A stretch of DNA of 64,000 nt from an uncultured Chloroflexia bacterium (GTDB lineage: Bacteria; Chloroflexota; Limnocylindria; Limnocylindrales; CSP1-4): positions 265,360 to 329,359 of the forward strand of contig CAVZXW010000026.1 in assembly GCA_963779375.1 (NCBI GenBank), given 5' to 3'. A program made the position numbers and the translations under genes. Below the pieces are notes generated by a model, which worked only from the letters and a program-made list of their open reading frames with translations, ran no database searches and had not been told where the DNA came from. Of the stretch, positions 23,627 to 32,657 are shown piece by piece (position 1 is the stretch's first letter; each line of letters begins with the position of its first letter).

Positions 23627-24890
23627 ATGCGTCGACCTGACTACGACCGCCGCGTCGTCGTGACCGGACTGGGGACCGTGAGCCCCATCGGCAATGACGT
23701 GGCCACCGTGTGGAGCAACCTGGTCGCCGGCTGCAGCGGCCTTGCGCCGATCACGCGTTTCGACGCGTCCGGCTACGAGTCGAACGCCGCCGGCGAGGTG
23801 AAGGGCTTCGACGCGAAGGACTGGATGGACTTCAAGGCCGCACGGCGCACGGGCCTCAACGTGCAGTTCGGCGTCGCCGCGGCGAAGCAGGCGCTCGCCG
23901 ACTCCGGCATCGAGGTCACGACGGACAACCGTGACGAGCGTCGGGATCATCTTCGCCTCCGGCGCGGGCGAGCCCAAGCTGATGATGGACAACAAGGACA
24001 TCTGGGACAAGAAGGGTCCGCGCCTGGTCAGCCCGTTCTTCATCGCCAACATGCTCGTGGACACCGCGTCCGGCCAGATCGCCATCGAGACCGGCATCCG
24101 CGGGCACAACATGGCCATCGTGACTGCCTGCTCGACCGGCACGCACAGCATCGGCGAGGCGGCCGAGGCGATCCGGCGCGGGGACTGCACGGCGATCATC
24201 GCGGGCTCGACCGAGTCGCCCATCTACGAGATGGTCTGGGTCGGCTTCGGCAACATGCGCGGCATCGGCACGGCTCGCCCCGGCGAGGGCATCGAGTCCA
24301 TCTCGCGGCCGTTCGACCTCACGCGCAACGGCTTCATCCTGGGCGAGGGCTCGGCCGCGCTCGTGCTCGAGGACCTCGAGCTGGCGAAGGCGCGCGGCGC
24401 GAAGATCTACGCCGAGGTGGTGGGCTACGGCTCCACGAACGACGCGTGGGACCTGATCCAGCCCATCGAGGGCGGAGACGGGATCGCCCGGGCCATGCTG
24501 GCCGCGCTCGAGCGCCGGAACGTGCCCGGCGACGAGATCGACATGATCAACCCGCACGGCACATCGACACCCCTCGGTGATCTCGCCGAGGCGGTAGCGA
24601 TCCACCGCGTCTTCGGGGAGCATGCCGGCCGGGTGGCGGTCAGCGCCACCAAGTCGATGACCGGGCACATGATGGGCGCGGCAGGCTCGTTCGAGGGCCT
24701 GGCCACGGTGCTCAGCGTGTACCACCAGACCGTGCCGCCGACCATCAACTACCGCGACCCCGACCCGGCGATCCAGCTCGACATCCCGACGAGCGCCAGG
24801 CGCCAGGAGATCCGGTATGCCATGTCGTCGAACGTCGGGCTCGGCGGACACAACGGCGCGGTGATCTTCAAGCGCTACGACGGCGACTAG
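23627..24890 (+). pseudogene. fabF: beta-ketoacyl-ACP synthase II (FabF-like) with one frameshift near 23930
   Basis: RRVVVTGLGTVSPIGN N-terminus in ORF 23627. The rest, FFIANMLVDTASG...TACSTGTHSIG...NPHGTSTPLGD...ATKSMTGHMMGAAG, is in ORF 23931..24890. Confidence 0.75.
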
Positions 24891-24896
24891 CCCGCG

Positions 24897-25874
24897 ATGC
24901 CCCTCGCAGGCAAGGACGGTCGCGATCCGGCAGCCGACCCGGACGCGGGTGAGGATGCGCCCGCGACACGTGATGCGCGGCCGGCCGGATCCGCATGGGC
25001 GGCCGGGGCCGCGAAAGCGCGCGCGCCCGGCGACGTCGCCGGCCTGTACGGGCCCGGGAGCGAGGCCTGGCGGCTCGACCGGGAGGCGTTCCTCCTGCTC
25101 GGCGCGGGTCCCCGTGCGCTGCTGCTCCAGCTGGCCCACCCGCTGGTGGCGGAGGGCGTCGACCAGCACAGCACCTTCCGCGAGGACCCGTGGGGCCGCC
25201 TCCACGGCACGCTCGCCAGCTACCTGCGCATCGTCTACGGCAGCACCGCGGCCGCGACGGCCGAGATCCGGCGCCTGAACCGGCTGCATGTCTCGGTGAC
25301 CGGCCCGGTCCGGGACGCCGATGCCCGAGCGGTCACGGGGGCAGAGACGTATCGCGCGCGGGACCCGGAGCTGTCCCTGTGGGTGCATGCCACCCTGATC
25401 GAATCGACCATGACCGCGTACGACGCGTGGTACGAGCCGCTGTCGCCGGAACGACGGGCGGCGTTCTACCTGGAGACGCTGCCCGCCGGCCACGCCTTCG
25501 GCATTCCCGACGGGCTGCTTCCCCCGGACATCCACGCGTTCGACGCGTACTGGCGCGCGATGCTGGCGCCGGACGGGCCCGTCCACGTGACGCCTACCGC
25601 GCGCTCGCTGATCCCGACCATCCTGCACCCGCCCGTTGGCCCGCTTCCTCCGGCCCTCTACGACTGGCTGATGTGGCCGGCGGTGGCGCTGCTGCCTCCA
25701 CGCCTCCGCGACGAGTACGGGATCCCCTGGGGCCCGTGGCACGCGGCGGTTGCGGGATGGCTCCGCGGGACATTCCGGCTGTGGGGCCACGCGCTTCCCG
25801 CCGCATGGCGATCGATGCCGCAGGCACGGGCCGCCGACCGCCGGATGCGGACCGTTACAATCGAACAGACCTGA
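24897..25874 (+). CDS. MpaB/DUF2236-family oxygenase-like protein
   Basis: GPGSEAWRLDREAFLLLGAGPRALLLQLAHPLVAEGVDQHS...WVHATLIEST resembles the ER-bound oxygenase MpaB / latex-clearing-protein catalytic domain. Family call is tentative. Confidence 0.5.
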   Translation: MPLAGKDGRDPAADPDAGEDAPATRDARPAGSAWAAGAAKARAPGDVAGLYGPGSEAWRLDREAFLLLGAGPRALLLQLAHPLVAEGVDQHSTFREDPWGRLHGTLASYLRIVYGSTAAATAEIRRLNRLHVSVTGPVRDADARAVTGAETYRARDPELSLWVHATLIESTMTAYDAWYEPLSPERRAAFYLETLPAGHAFGIPDGLLPPDIHAFDAYWRAMLAPDGPVHVTPTARSLIPTILHPPVGPLPPALYDWLMWPAVALLPPRLRDEYGIPWGPWHAAVAGWLRGTFRLWGHALPAAWRSMPQARAADRRMRTVTIEQT

Positions 25875-25890
25875 CCCGAGGAGGACCGCC

Positions 25891-27169
25891 GTGCCCCCGA
25901 GCTAGGATCCCGCGCGCCGCGCCGTCATCACGGGCGTCGGCGCCGTCACGCCCGATCGGCAACGACTACCCCACCTTCTGGCGCAACCTCTCGCCGGCGT
26001 CAACGGCGGCGGCCCGATCACGTCGCTTCGACGCAACGGCGTTCGACGTGCGCATCGCCGCCGAGGTCAAGGGGTTCGACCCGACCATCGCGATGGATCG
26101 CAAGATGGCCCGCCGCATGAGCCGGTTCATCCACCTCGGCATGGCCGCCGGCAAGGAGGCGGTCACGGACTCCGGCCTCGATTTCACCGGACTGGTGGCC
26201 GGAGCAGCGCGACCGGGTCGGCGTCGCCATCAACACGGGCGGAGGCGGCCTGGAGCAGGTCGTGGACGGGACGCACACGCTCGAGCAGCGGGGTCCGCGG
26301 ACAGGTCAGCCCGTTCGCCATCCCCGGCGCTGTCGGGCTCGATGGCCGCATGCATGGTGTCCATGGAGTACGGACTGACCGGCCCGGTGATCACCCAGGT
26401 CGCCGCGTGCGCAAGCTCGGTGATCGCCTTCCTGGACGGGCTGCGGCTGATCCAGCGCGGGGAGTGCGACGTGGTGCTCGCCGGCGGCGCCGAGGCACCG
26501 CTGCTGCCGATCGCGTTCGCGGCGCTGGGGAACATGGGCGCGCTGTCGAAGCGCAACGACGATCCGGAGCATGCATCTCGGCCGTTCGACCGGACCGCGA
26601 CGGGTTCCTCTTCGGCGAGGGCGCCGGCGTCATGGTCCTCGAGAGCGCCGCGCACGCGCATGGAGCGCGGCGCTGCCATCCGGGCGAGGTGCTGGGGGCG
26701 GCGCTGACCTCGGACGCGTACCACATCGAGTGCCCCGGAGCCCACCGGCCGCGGCGCGGCCCGCGCCATGGACGATGGCGATGCGGGACGCCGGCGTGGC
26801 GCCCGACGAGGTCGACTAATCGTGGCGCACGGGACGTCCACGCCACTGAACGACGTGACGGAGACGCGCGCGATCAAGGCGGCGTTCGGCGACCACGCGT
26901 ACAGCGCCGCCATCAGCTCGCCCAAGTCGATGGTCGGGACACATGCTCGGCGCGGCCGGCGTGGTCAACGCGCTCGTCGCGGTCTGGTCGATCTGCGAGG
27001 GCGTCATCCCGCCGACGACCAACCTGCACGATCCCGACCGCCGAGTGCGACCTGGACTACACGCCCAACGTCCCCCGCCAGCGCCGGGTCGACACGGCCA
27101 TCGATCAACGGGTTCGGCTTCGGGGGCCAGAACGCGGTGGCGGTCTTCCGGCGCTTCGAGGCCTGATGG
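25891..27169 (+). pseudogene. Second FabF-like beta-ketoacyl-ACP synthase, heavily disrupted: in-frame TAG at codon 5 (25903..25905) plus at least six frameshifts
   Basis: GAGGAGGA RBS then GTG 25891 CCC CCG AGC TAG. Downstream fragments RRAVITGVGAVTP, IGNDYPTFW, FDATAFDVRIAAEVKGFD...[71 protein letters not shown] and [20 protein letters not shown] lie in three frames. Confidence 0.7.
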
Positions 27170-28848
27170 CGGGGCGCCCTGCGCGCCTCGCGGCGCTGAG
27201 CCTGGGCGCCATCCTGGCCGCCTCCGCCTGCGGGTCGCCCGCCATTCCGACGGCGCCGGCCCGGCCATCCGCTTCACGCGATCTCACGGCAACGGCGGCC
27301 GCCCCGTCCGTGCCCGGGAGAGCGCCGGCGTCGTCGGGCACCGCGGCGGTCTCCTCGCCCGTCGCGGCCAGTGGCTCGCCCTCCGGGAACGGCTCGCCGG
27401 CGCCCGACGGGTCCGCAACGGCCTCGGTGCCGCTCGCCGTCGTCACCGGCTTCTCGAACTACGGCGTGGACTCGGTGACGCTGCACGATCTCGCAGACCA
27501 CCTGGCGGCCGGGACGCTGACGGTGCCGTGCGGCGCGCGGGACGGCATCGACGCAGCGCTCGGGACGGTCTCCCCGGCCGGCCAGGCATCCGCCTCGTGC
27601 GTTCGCGCGGGTTCGATCGTCGGCCACCTCGCGTCGTCTTCGACCATGCTGGCGCTGGTGCCGCCGGGCCTGGTGACGCCCGCGGTGCGCATCGTCCCCG
27701 TCGCATCGACCGACGGCACGCTCGCTGATCTCTTCGGCGAGACGCCTGCCCGGTCCGCGCCATACCCGCTCTCGATCCCCGCCCCGGCTGACTGGCCGTC
27801 GTCGTGGGTCGCCTACGACGCCTCCGACGTGCGGGTCGTGCTGACGACGGGCGTGAACTGCCCCGACCGCGGGGTGAGCTACCAGACGAACGTGCTGAAG
27901 CGCGGCTGGAACTGGCTGCTGCAGGCGGGCACGGCGCGGTACACCGGGCGCCACTGGGATCCCGCGTTCGGGTGGTGGGTCGTGGATGCCGTGCGAACGG
28001 GTCACGCCGGCGCGGTGTGGGACCTCGTGCGCAACGCGGACGTGGCCGTGAGCGATTTCGAGTGCTCCATGACGGCGCATTTCACCCAGCACGACAGCGG
28101 CACGAGCTTCTCCATCGACCCCAGGGTCGCCCCGCTCATGGCGAGGGCCGGTTTCGACGTGGCGACGATCGCCGCCGACCACAACACGAATCCCGGCCTG
28201 GGCGCGGTGGGCGAGACCGTGGACCTGTTCCACGCCAACGGCATCGCGACGGTGGGGGGAGGTCGCACGCTGGCGCAGGCGCTGCGGCCCGCCGTGCTCG
28301 ACGTGCGTGGCGTCCGGTTCGGGTTCGTCGGGCTCGACGCGATCGGCGGCTCCGCCTCCGCGACCGCGGACAGCCCCGGTGTTGCACCGCTGACGGCCGC
28401 GAACGCGCGGACCGCGATCTCGGCCGCGCGCCGCGCGGGGGCGCAGGTCGTGTTCGCGCTGCCCCAGTGGAGCTCGGTGGAGTATCGCGCCGCGTTCACC
28501 GGCTTCCAGGACGGGATCCTGTCGGAACTGGAGGCGGCGGGGGCGGACCACGTCATCGGCGCCGACTTCCACTGGGCGGGCGCCATCTCCATCACGCCCG
28601 GCGGCCACTCCGGCTACCGGTTCGCGACCGCCAGCCAGGGCAACTTCTGGTTCGGCCAGGACTGGAGCCGCCAGACACAGGAGGGCGTGATGACGATGCT
28701 CACGTTCGTCGGAACGCGCCTGGCGCAGGTCCGGCTGATCCCGACGGTGGTCCTGGACAGCGCCCAGCCCAACCTCACGGACCCCGCCACGGACGGCCGG
28801 TTCGTGCTCCACCAGGTGCTCTCGGTCTCGCGGCTGCCGAACCCCTGA
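27169..28848 (+). CDS. CapA-family (poly-gamma-glutamate synthesis/metallophosphatase-like) lipoprotein
   Basis: Signal peptide with lipobox LAASAC. Blocks ADVAVSDFECSMT, DVATIAADHNTNPGLGAVGETVDLFHANGIATVGGG and ADHVIGADFHWAG resemble CapA/YwtB. Its ATG overlaps the KAS2 stop by 1 nt. Confidence 0.55.
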   Translation, partial: AGRPARLAALSLGAILAASACGSPAIPTAPARPSASRDLTATAAAPSVPGRAPASSGTAAVSSPVAASGSPSGNGSPAPDGSATASVPLAVVTGFSNYGVDSVTLHDLADHLAAGTLTVPCGARDGIDAALGTVSPAGQASASCVRAGSIVGHLASSSTMLALVPPGLVTPAVRIVPVASTDGTLADLFGETPARSAPYPLSIPAPADWPSSWVAYDASDVRVVLTTGVNCPDRGVSYQTNVLKRGWNWLLQAGTARYTGRHWDPAFGWWVVDAVRTGHAGAVWDLVRNADVAVSDFECSMTAHFTQHDSGTSFSIDPRVAPLMARAGFDVATIAADHNTNPGLGAVGETVDLFHANGIATVGGGRTLAQALRPAVLDVRGVRFGFVGLDAIGGSASATADSPGVAPLTAANARTAISAARRAGAQVVFALPQWSSVEYRAAFTGFQDGILSELEAAGADHVIGADFHWAGAISITPGGHSGYRFATASQGNFWFGQDWSRQTQEGVMTMLTFVGTRLAQVRLIPTVVLDSAQPNLTDPATDGRFVLHQVLSVSRLPNP

Positions 28849-28885
28849 GGGCCGGCAGCCATCCGGGGGCGGCCGGGCGCGTGCC

Positions 28886-29404
28886 CTATCCGTCGACGGA
28901 CGGACCGGCACCGGCGGCCTGGCCGGTTCCTCGCGATGGCGTCGGCCGCCCCTCGTATGCCTCGACCATGTCGAGGAGGTCGGGCGGCAGGTGCACGACC
29001 CGGCCGGCGGCGTAGTCGTACATCACCTGGACCGTCTCGCCGTATGCGACCAGGCGCTCCCGCCCGAAGGGCGAATCCTCCGCGGACAGCCGGTACTCCA
29101 TCGAGAACGACGACCTGCCCGCCCACCCCACGCGACACTCGCAGACGAGCGGCTCGCCGAACCGCAGCGGGCTCGCGTACGTGACGCGCGCCTCGGCCAG
29201 GATGAAGCTGCGGTCGTGCGTCTGCGCCCCGATCCCGAATGTCGAGCCGGTGACCGTCCGGTAGTAGCCCGCGCGGGCCACCTCCATGTACGTGAGGAAC
29301 ACGGCATTGTTCACGTGCCCCATCGCGTCCGTGTCGGAGAACCGGACGTCGATCGGACGGCGGTAGCGGAAGGGGCCGGAGGGCGGACCCGGGCGTTCGC
29401 TCAT
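28886..29404 (-). CDS. 4HBT/YbgC-like acyl-CoA thioesterase; start trimmed to ATG 29404
   Basis: Hotdog-fold signature VRFSDTDAMGHVNNAVFLTYMEVAR. Confidence 0.7.
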   Translation of the reverse strand: MSERPGPPSGPFRYRRPIDVRFSDTDAMGHVNNAVFLTYMEVARAGYYRTVTGSTFGIGAQTHDRSFILAEARVTYASPLRFGEPLVCECRVGWAGRSSFSMEYRLSAEDSPFGRERLVAYGETVQVMYDYAAGRVVHLPPDLLDMVEAYEGRPTPSRGTGQAAGAGPSVDG

Positions 29405-29525
29405 GGCCGCATTCTGCCGGATGGGCGCCGCGGGTACGTCCGCGGGCACTTCGGCTATTGTGAGCCGGGCGGATCGCTCGTCGGCGCTGGCGACGGGCGT
29501 GACCGTCGCGACCGCGGAGGGACCA

Positions 29526-31181
29526 ATGGCGAACCCCGTCATCGTTGCCGTCGACGACGACCAGCAGGTCCTGCGGGCCGTCGAGCGCGACCTCCGGCGA
29601 CGGTTCGGACGGGAGTACCGGGTCGTCGCCGCCGAGAGCGGCCAGAGCGCGCTCGACGTCGTGCGCCGCCTGAAGCTGCGCGGCTCGGCGGTCGCGCTGT
29701 TCCTCGCGGACCAGCGCATGCCCGGCATGACCGGCACGGAGTTCCTGGAGGAAGCGCGGGACATCTTCCCGGACGCCAAGCGCGTCCTGCTGACCGCCTA
29801 CGCGGACACCGAGGTCGCGATCCAGGCCATCAACGCGATCCGCCTCGACCACTACCTGCTGAAGCCGTGGGATCCACCGGAGGAGAAGCTCTACCCGGTG
29901 CTGGAGGATCTCCTCGGCGACTGGCAGGCCGAGTACGTGCCGCCGTTCGAGGGGCTGCGGCTGGTCAGCCACCGATGGGACTCGCGGGCGCACGAGATCA
30001 AGGACTACCTGTCCCGCAACCAGATCCCGTATCGCTGGCTCGACATCGAGACCGACACCGATGCCCTCGCGCTCGTCAGCAGCGCCGGCGAGGCCGAGGG
30101 GCGCGAGCCGCTGGTGGTGTTCCCGGACGGGTCGCACCTGGTCGCCCCGACGAACCTGCAGATCGCGGAGAAGGTGGGCCTGCGCACGCAGGCGGCACTC
30201 CCCTTCTACGACCTCGTCATCGTCGGCGGCGGTCCCGCCGGCCTCGCGGCCGCCGTCTACGGCGCCTCCGAAGGGCTTCGCACGCTGCTGGTCGAGCGCG
30301 AGGCCCCGGGCGGGCAGGCGGGCACCACGTCGCGCATCGAGAACTACCTGGGCTTCCCGTCCGGGCTCTCCGGTTCCGACCTGGCGCGGCGCGCCCTCGC
30401 CCAGGCAACCCGGCTCGGCGCCGAGATCCTCACGCCCCAGGACGTGGTGGGCATGACCGTCAACGACCCGTACAAGGTCGTGCAGCTGGCCGACGGGACG
30501 GCCCTCAGCTGCCAGGCGCTGCTGGTCGCGACCGGCGTCGAATATCGCCGGCTCGACGTGCCGGGGCTCGACATGCTCACCGGCGCCGGCGTCTTCTACG
30601 GCGCCGCCACGACGGAGGCCCCGTTCTACCGCGGCACCCACGTCGCGGTCGTCGGTGGAGGGAACTCGGCGGGCCAGGCGGCTGTCTACCTCGCGAGGCA
30701 CGCCGAGGACGTCACGCTCGTCGTTCGCGGCGCCGCGATCGAGGCCGGCATGTCGCAGTACCTGGTGGACCAGATCGGGACCACGCCGAACATCCGGGTC
30801 CTGCTGCGATCCAGCGTCGTCGCCGTCCACGGCAGCCAGGCGCTCGAGGCCATCGACATCGCCACCGGCGACGATCGGCAGACCTGCACTGTCGCGGCGA
30901 TGTTCGTGTTCATCGGCCAGCAGCCGAGGACGGACTGGCTCGGAGACGCGGTCGAGCGGGACAAGGGAGGGTTCGTGCTGTCCGGGCCCGCGATCGCGCG
31001 GGCGGCCGAACCGCCGGGCCACTGGCCGCTGCGGCGTGATCCGTTCCTCCTCGAGACGAGCGTGCCCGGCGTGTTCGTCGCGGGCGACGTGCGCTCGGGC
31101 TCGATCAAGCGAATCGCATCGTCCGTCGGAGAGGGATCGATGGCCGTCCAGTTCATCCACCAGTACCTGGCCACGCTGTGA
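29526..31181 (+). CDS. Hybrid response regulator: CheY-like receiver fused to a thioredoxin-reductase-like FAD/NAD(P) oxidoreductase that lacks the CxxC redox motif (FNR-type)
   Basis: Receiver VIVAVDDDQQVL...LFLADQRMPGMTG...LLTAY. Flavoprotein YDLVIVGGGPAGLAAAVY...GQAGTT...VAVVGGGNSAGQAAVYL...VFVAGD. The TrxR CATCDG position reads ATTEAP. Confidence 0.8.
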   Translation: MANPVIVAVDDDQQVLRAVERDLRRRFGREYRVVAAESGQSALDVVRRLKLRGSAVALFLADQRMPGMTGTEFLEEARDIFPDAKRVLLTAYADTEVAIQAINAIRLDHYLLKPWDPPEEKLYPVLEDLLGDWQAEYVPPFEGLRLVSHRWDSRAHEIKDYLSRNQIPYRWLDIETDTDALALVSSAGEAEGREPLVVFPDGSHLVAPTNLQIAEKVGLRTQAALPFYDLVIVGGGPAGLAAAVYGASEGLRTLLVEREAPGGQAGTTSRIENYLGFPSGLSGSDLARRALAQATRLGAEILTPQDVVGMTVNDPYKVVQLADGTALSCQALLVATGVEYRRLDVPGLDMLTGAGVFYGAATTEAPFYRGTHVAVVGGGNSAGQAAVYLARHAEDVTLVVRGAAIEAGMSQYLVDQIGTTPNIRVLLRSSVVAVHGSQALEAIDIATGDDRQTCTVAAMFVFIGQQPRTDWLGDAVERDKGGFVLSGPAIARAAEPPGHWPLRRDPFLLETSVPGVFVAGDVRSGSIKRIASSVGEGSMAVQFIHQYLATL

Positions 31182-32644
31182 CGGCCGACGACGCTCCCGT
31201 TCCCGACGCCGGCGCCGGCGCGGGCCCGGGTGGGAGCCCGGCCGGCGAACCCACCGACGTGCGCGAGTTCCTGCGGCGCATCCCGCTGCTCGAGGGCCTC
31301 TCCGACGATGACGTCGAGTGGGTCGCTTCGCACGCGGAGCCCGAGGACCTCGCGAAGGGCGCGGTCCTGACCGCGGAGGGAGCGCCCGGCGACGCGATGT
31401 ACCTCGTGATCTCCGGGGACCTCGAGGTGGTCAAGCGCTCGGCGACGGGCGACATCCCCATCGCGCGGCTCGGACCGGGCCAGATCGTGGGCGAGATGGC
31501 CGTCCTCGAATCGCGGCCCCGGACGGCCTCGGTCCGAGCGACCTCGCCCGTCCGCGTGCTGCGCATCCCCGGCGCCACGCTCCTCGAGCTGCTCCGCACG
31601 CGCCCGGGGGCGTCGATCTCGATGATCCGGACGGTCAGCGGCCGGTTGCGCAACACGGAATCGATGCTGCGCGAACGCGAGAAGCTGGCCGCACTCGGCA
31701 CCCTCTCGGCCGGCCTGGCCCACGAACTCAACAACCCGGCCGCGGCGGTGCAGCGCAGCTCCGGGCTCCTGCACGAGGCTCTCGACCGCTGGGCCGAGGC
31801 CACGCGCCAGCTCGGAACGGTCATCGAGACACACGACCAGGCGGCGTTCGTCGCATCGCTGGGCGGCGACACCGCGGGCCAGGATGCGGCCGTCGTCGAC
31901 GATCCCCTCGAGCTGAGCGACCGCACGGCGGATCTCGAGCTGTTCCTCGAGGACCGCGACGTGGCGGATGCCGGGGACGTCGCGTCGGCGCTCGCATCCC
32001 AGGGCTGGACCGTCGACCGCATGGAGCAGATCGAGGAGGAGTTCCCCGGTCCGGCTTTCGCCGCGGTCGCCGCCTGGCTCGGCGCCGGCAGCCTCGCCCA
32101 CGCCCTGGTCGACGAGGTGTCCACGGGAGCACGCCGGATCTCCGAGATCGTGCACGCCGTGAAGGAGTACGTGTACCTGGACCAGGCCCCCGTCCAGCGC
32201 GTCGACCTCCGCAGGGGGATCGAGAGCACCCTCGTGATCCTGCGGCCCAAGCTCAAGGACGGCGTCCGGGTGGTCCGCGAGTTCGCCCCCGACCTGCCAC
32301 TCATCGACGCGTACGGCAGCGAGCTCAACCAGGTCTGGACGAACATCCTGGACAACGCGATCGACGCGATGGGAGGTCGCGGCGAGATCCGCATCCGCGC
32401 ATACCCTCGCGACGACGAGGTGGTCGTCGAGCTCTGCGACAACGGGCCGGGAATGCCGCCCGACCTGCGGGACCGGATCTTCGAGCCGTTCTTCACGACG
32501 AAGCCGCCCGGGCTGGGCACCGGGCTGGGCCTGCACATCTCGCACAACGTGGTCGTCCGTCACGGCGGCCGCATCAATGTGCGATCGCGCCCCGGCGAGA
32601 CCTGCTTCGAGGTCGTCCTGCCGCGCGAGCGACCCGCGACCTGA
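31178..32644 (+). CDS. Cytoplasmic sensor histidine kinase with an N-terminal cyclic-nucleotide-binding (CAP-type) domain
   Basis: cNMP domain LSDDDVEWVASHAEP...YLVISGDLEVV...GPGQIVGEMAVLE...RTASVRA. H-box LAHELNNP. N and G boxes NILDNAIDAM and GLGTGLGLHIS. Translationally coupled by ATGA to the upstream receiver-oxidoreductase. Confidence 0.8.
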   Translation: MTADDAPVPDAGAGAGPGGSPAGEPTDVREFLRRIPLLEGLSDDDVEWVASHAEPEDLAKGAVLTAEGAPGDAMYLVISGDLEVVKRSATGDIPIARLGPGQIVGEMAVLESRPRTASVRATSPVRVLRIPGATLLELLRTRPGASISMIRTVSGRLRNTESMLREREKLAALGTLSAGLAHELNNPAAAVQRSSGLLHEALDRWAEATRQLGTVIETHDQAAFVASLGGDTAGQDAAVVDDPLELSDRTADLELFLEDRDVADAGDVASALASQGWTVDRMEQIEEEFPGPAFAAVAAWLGAGSLAHALVDEVSTGARRISEIVHAVKEYVYLDQAPVQRVDLRRGIESTLVILRPKLKDGVRVVREFAPDLPLIDAYGSELNQVWTNILDNAIDAMGGRGEIRIRAYPRDDEVVVELCDNGPGMPPDLRDRIFEPFFTTKPPGLGTGLGLHISHNVVVRHGGRINVRSRPGETCFEVVLPRERPAT

Positions 32645-32657
32645 CGAGCCTCCGGCC

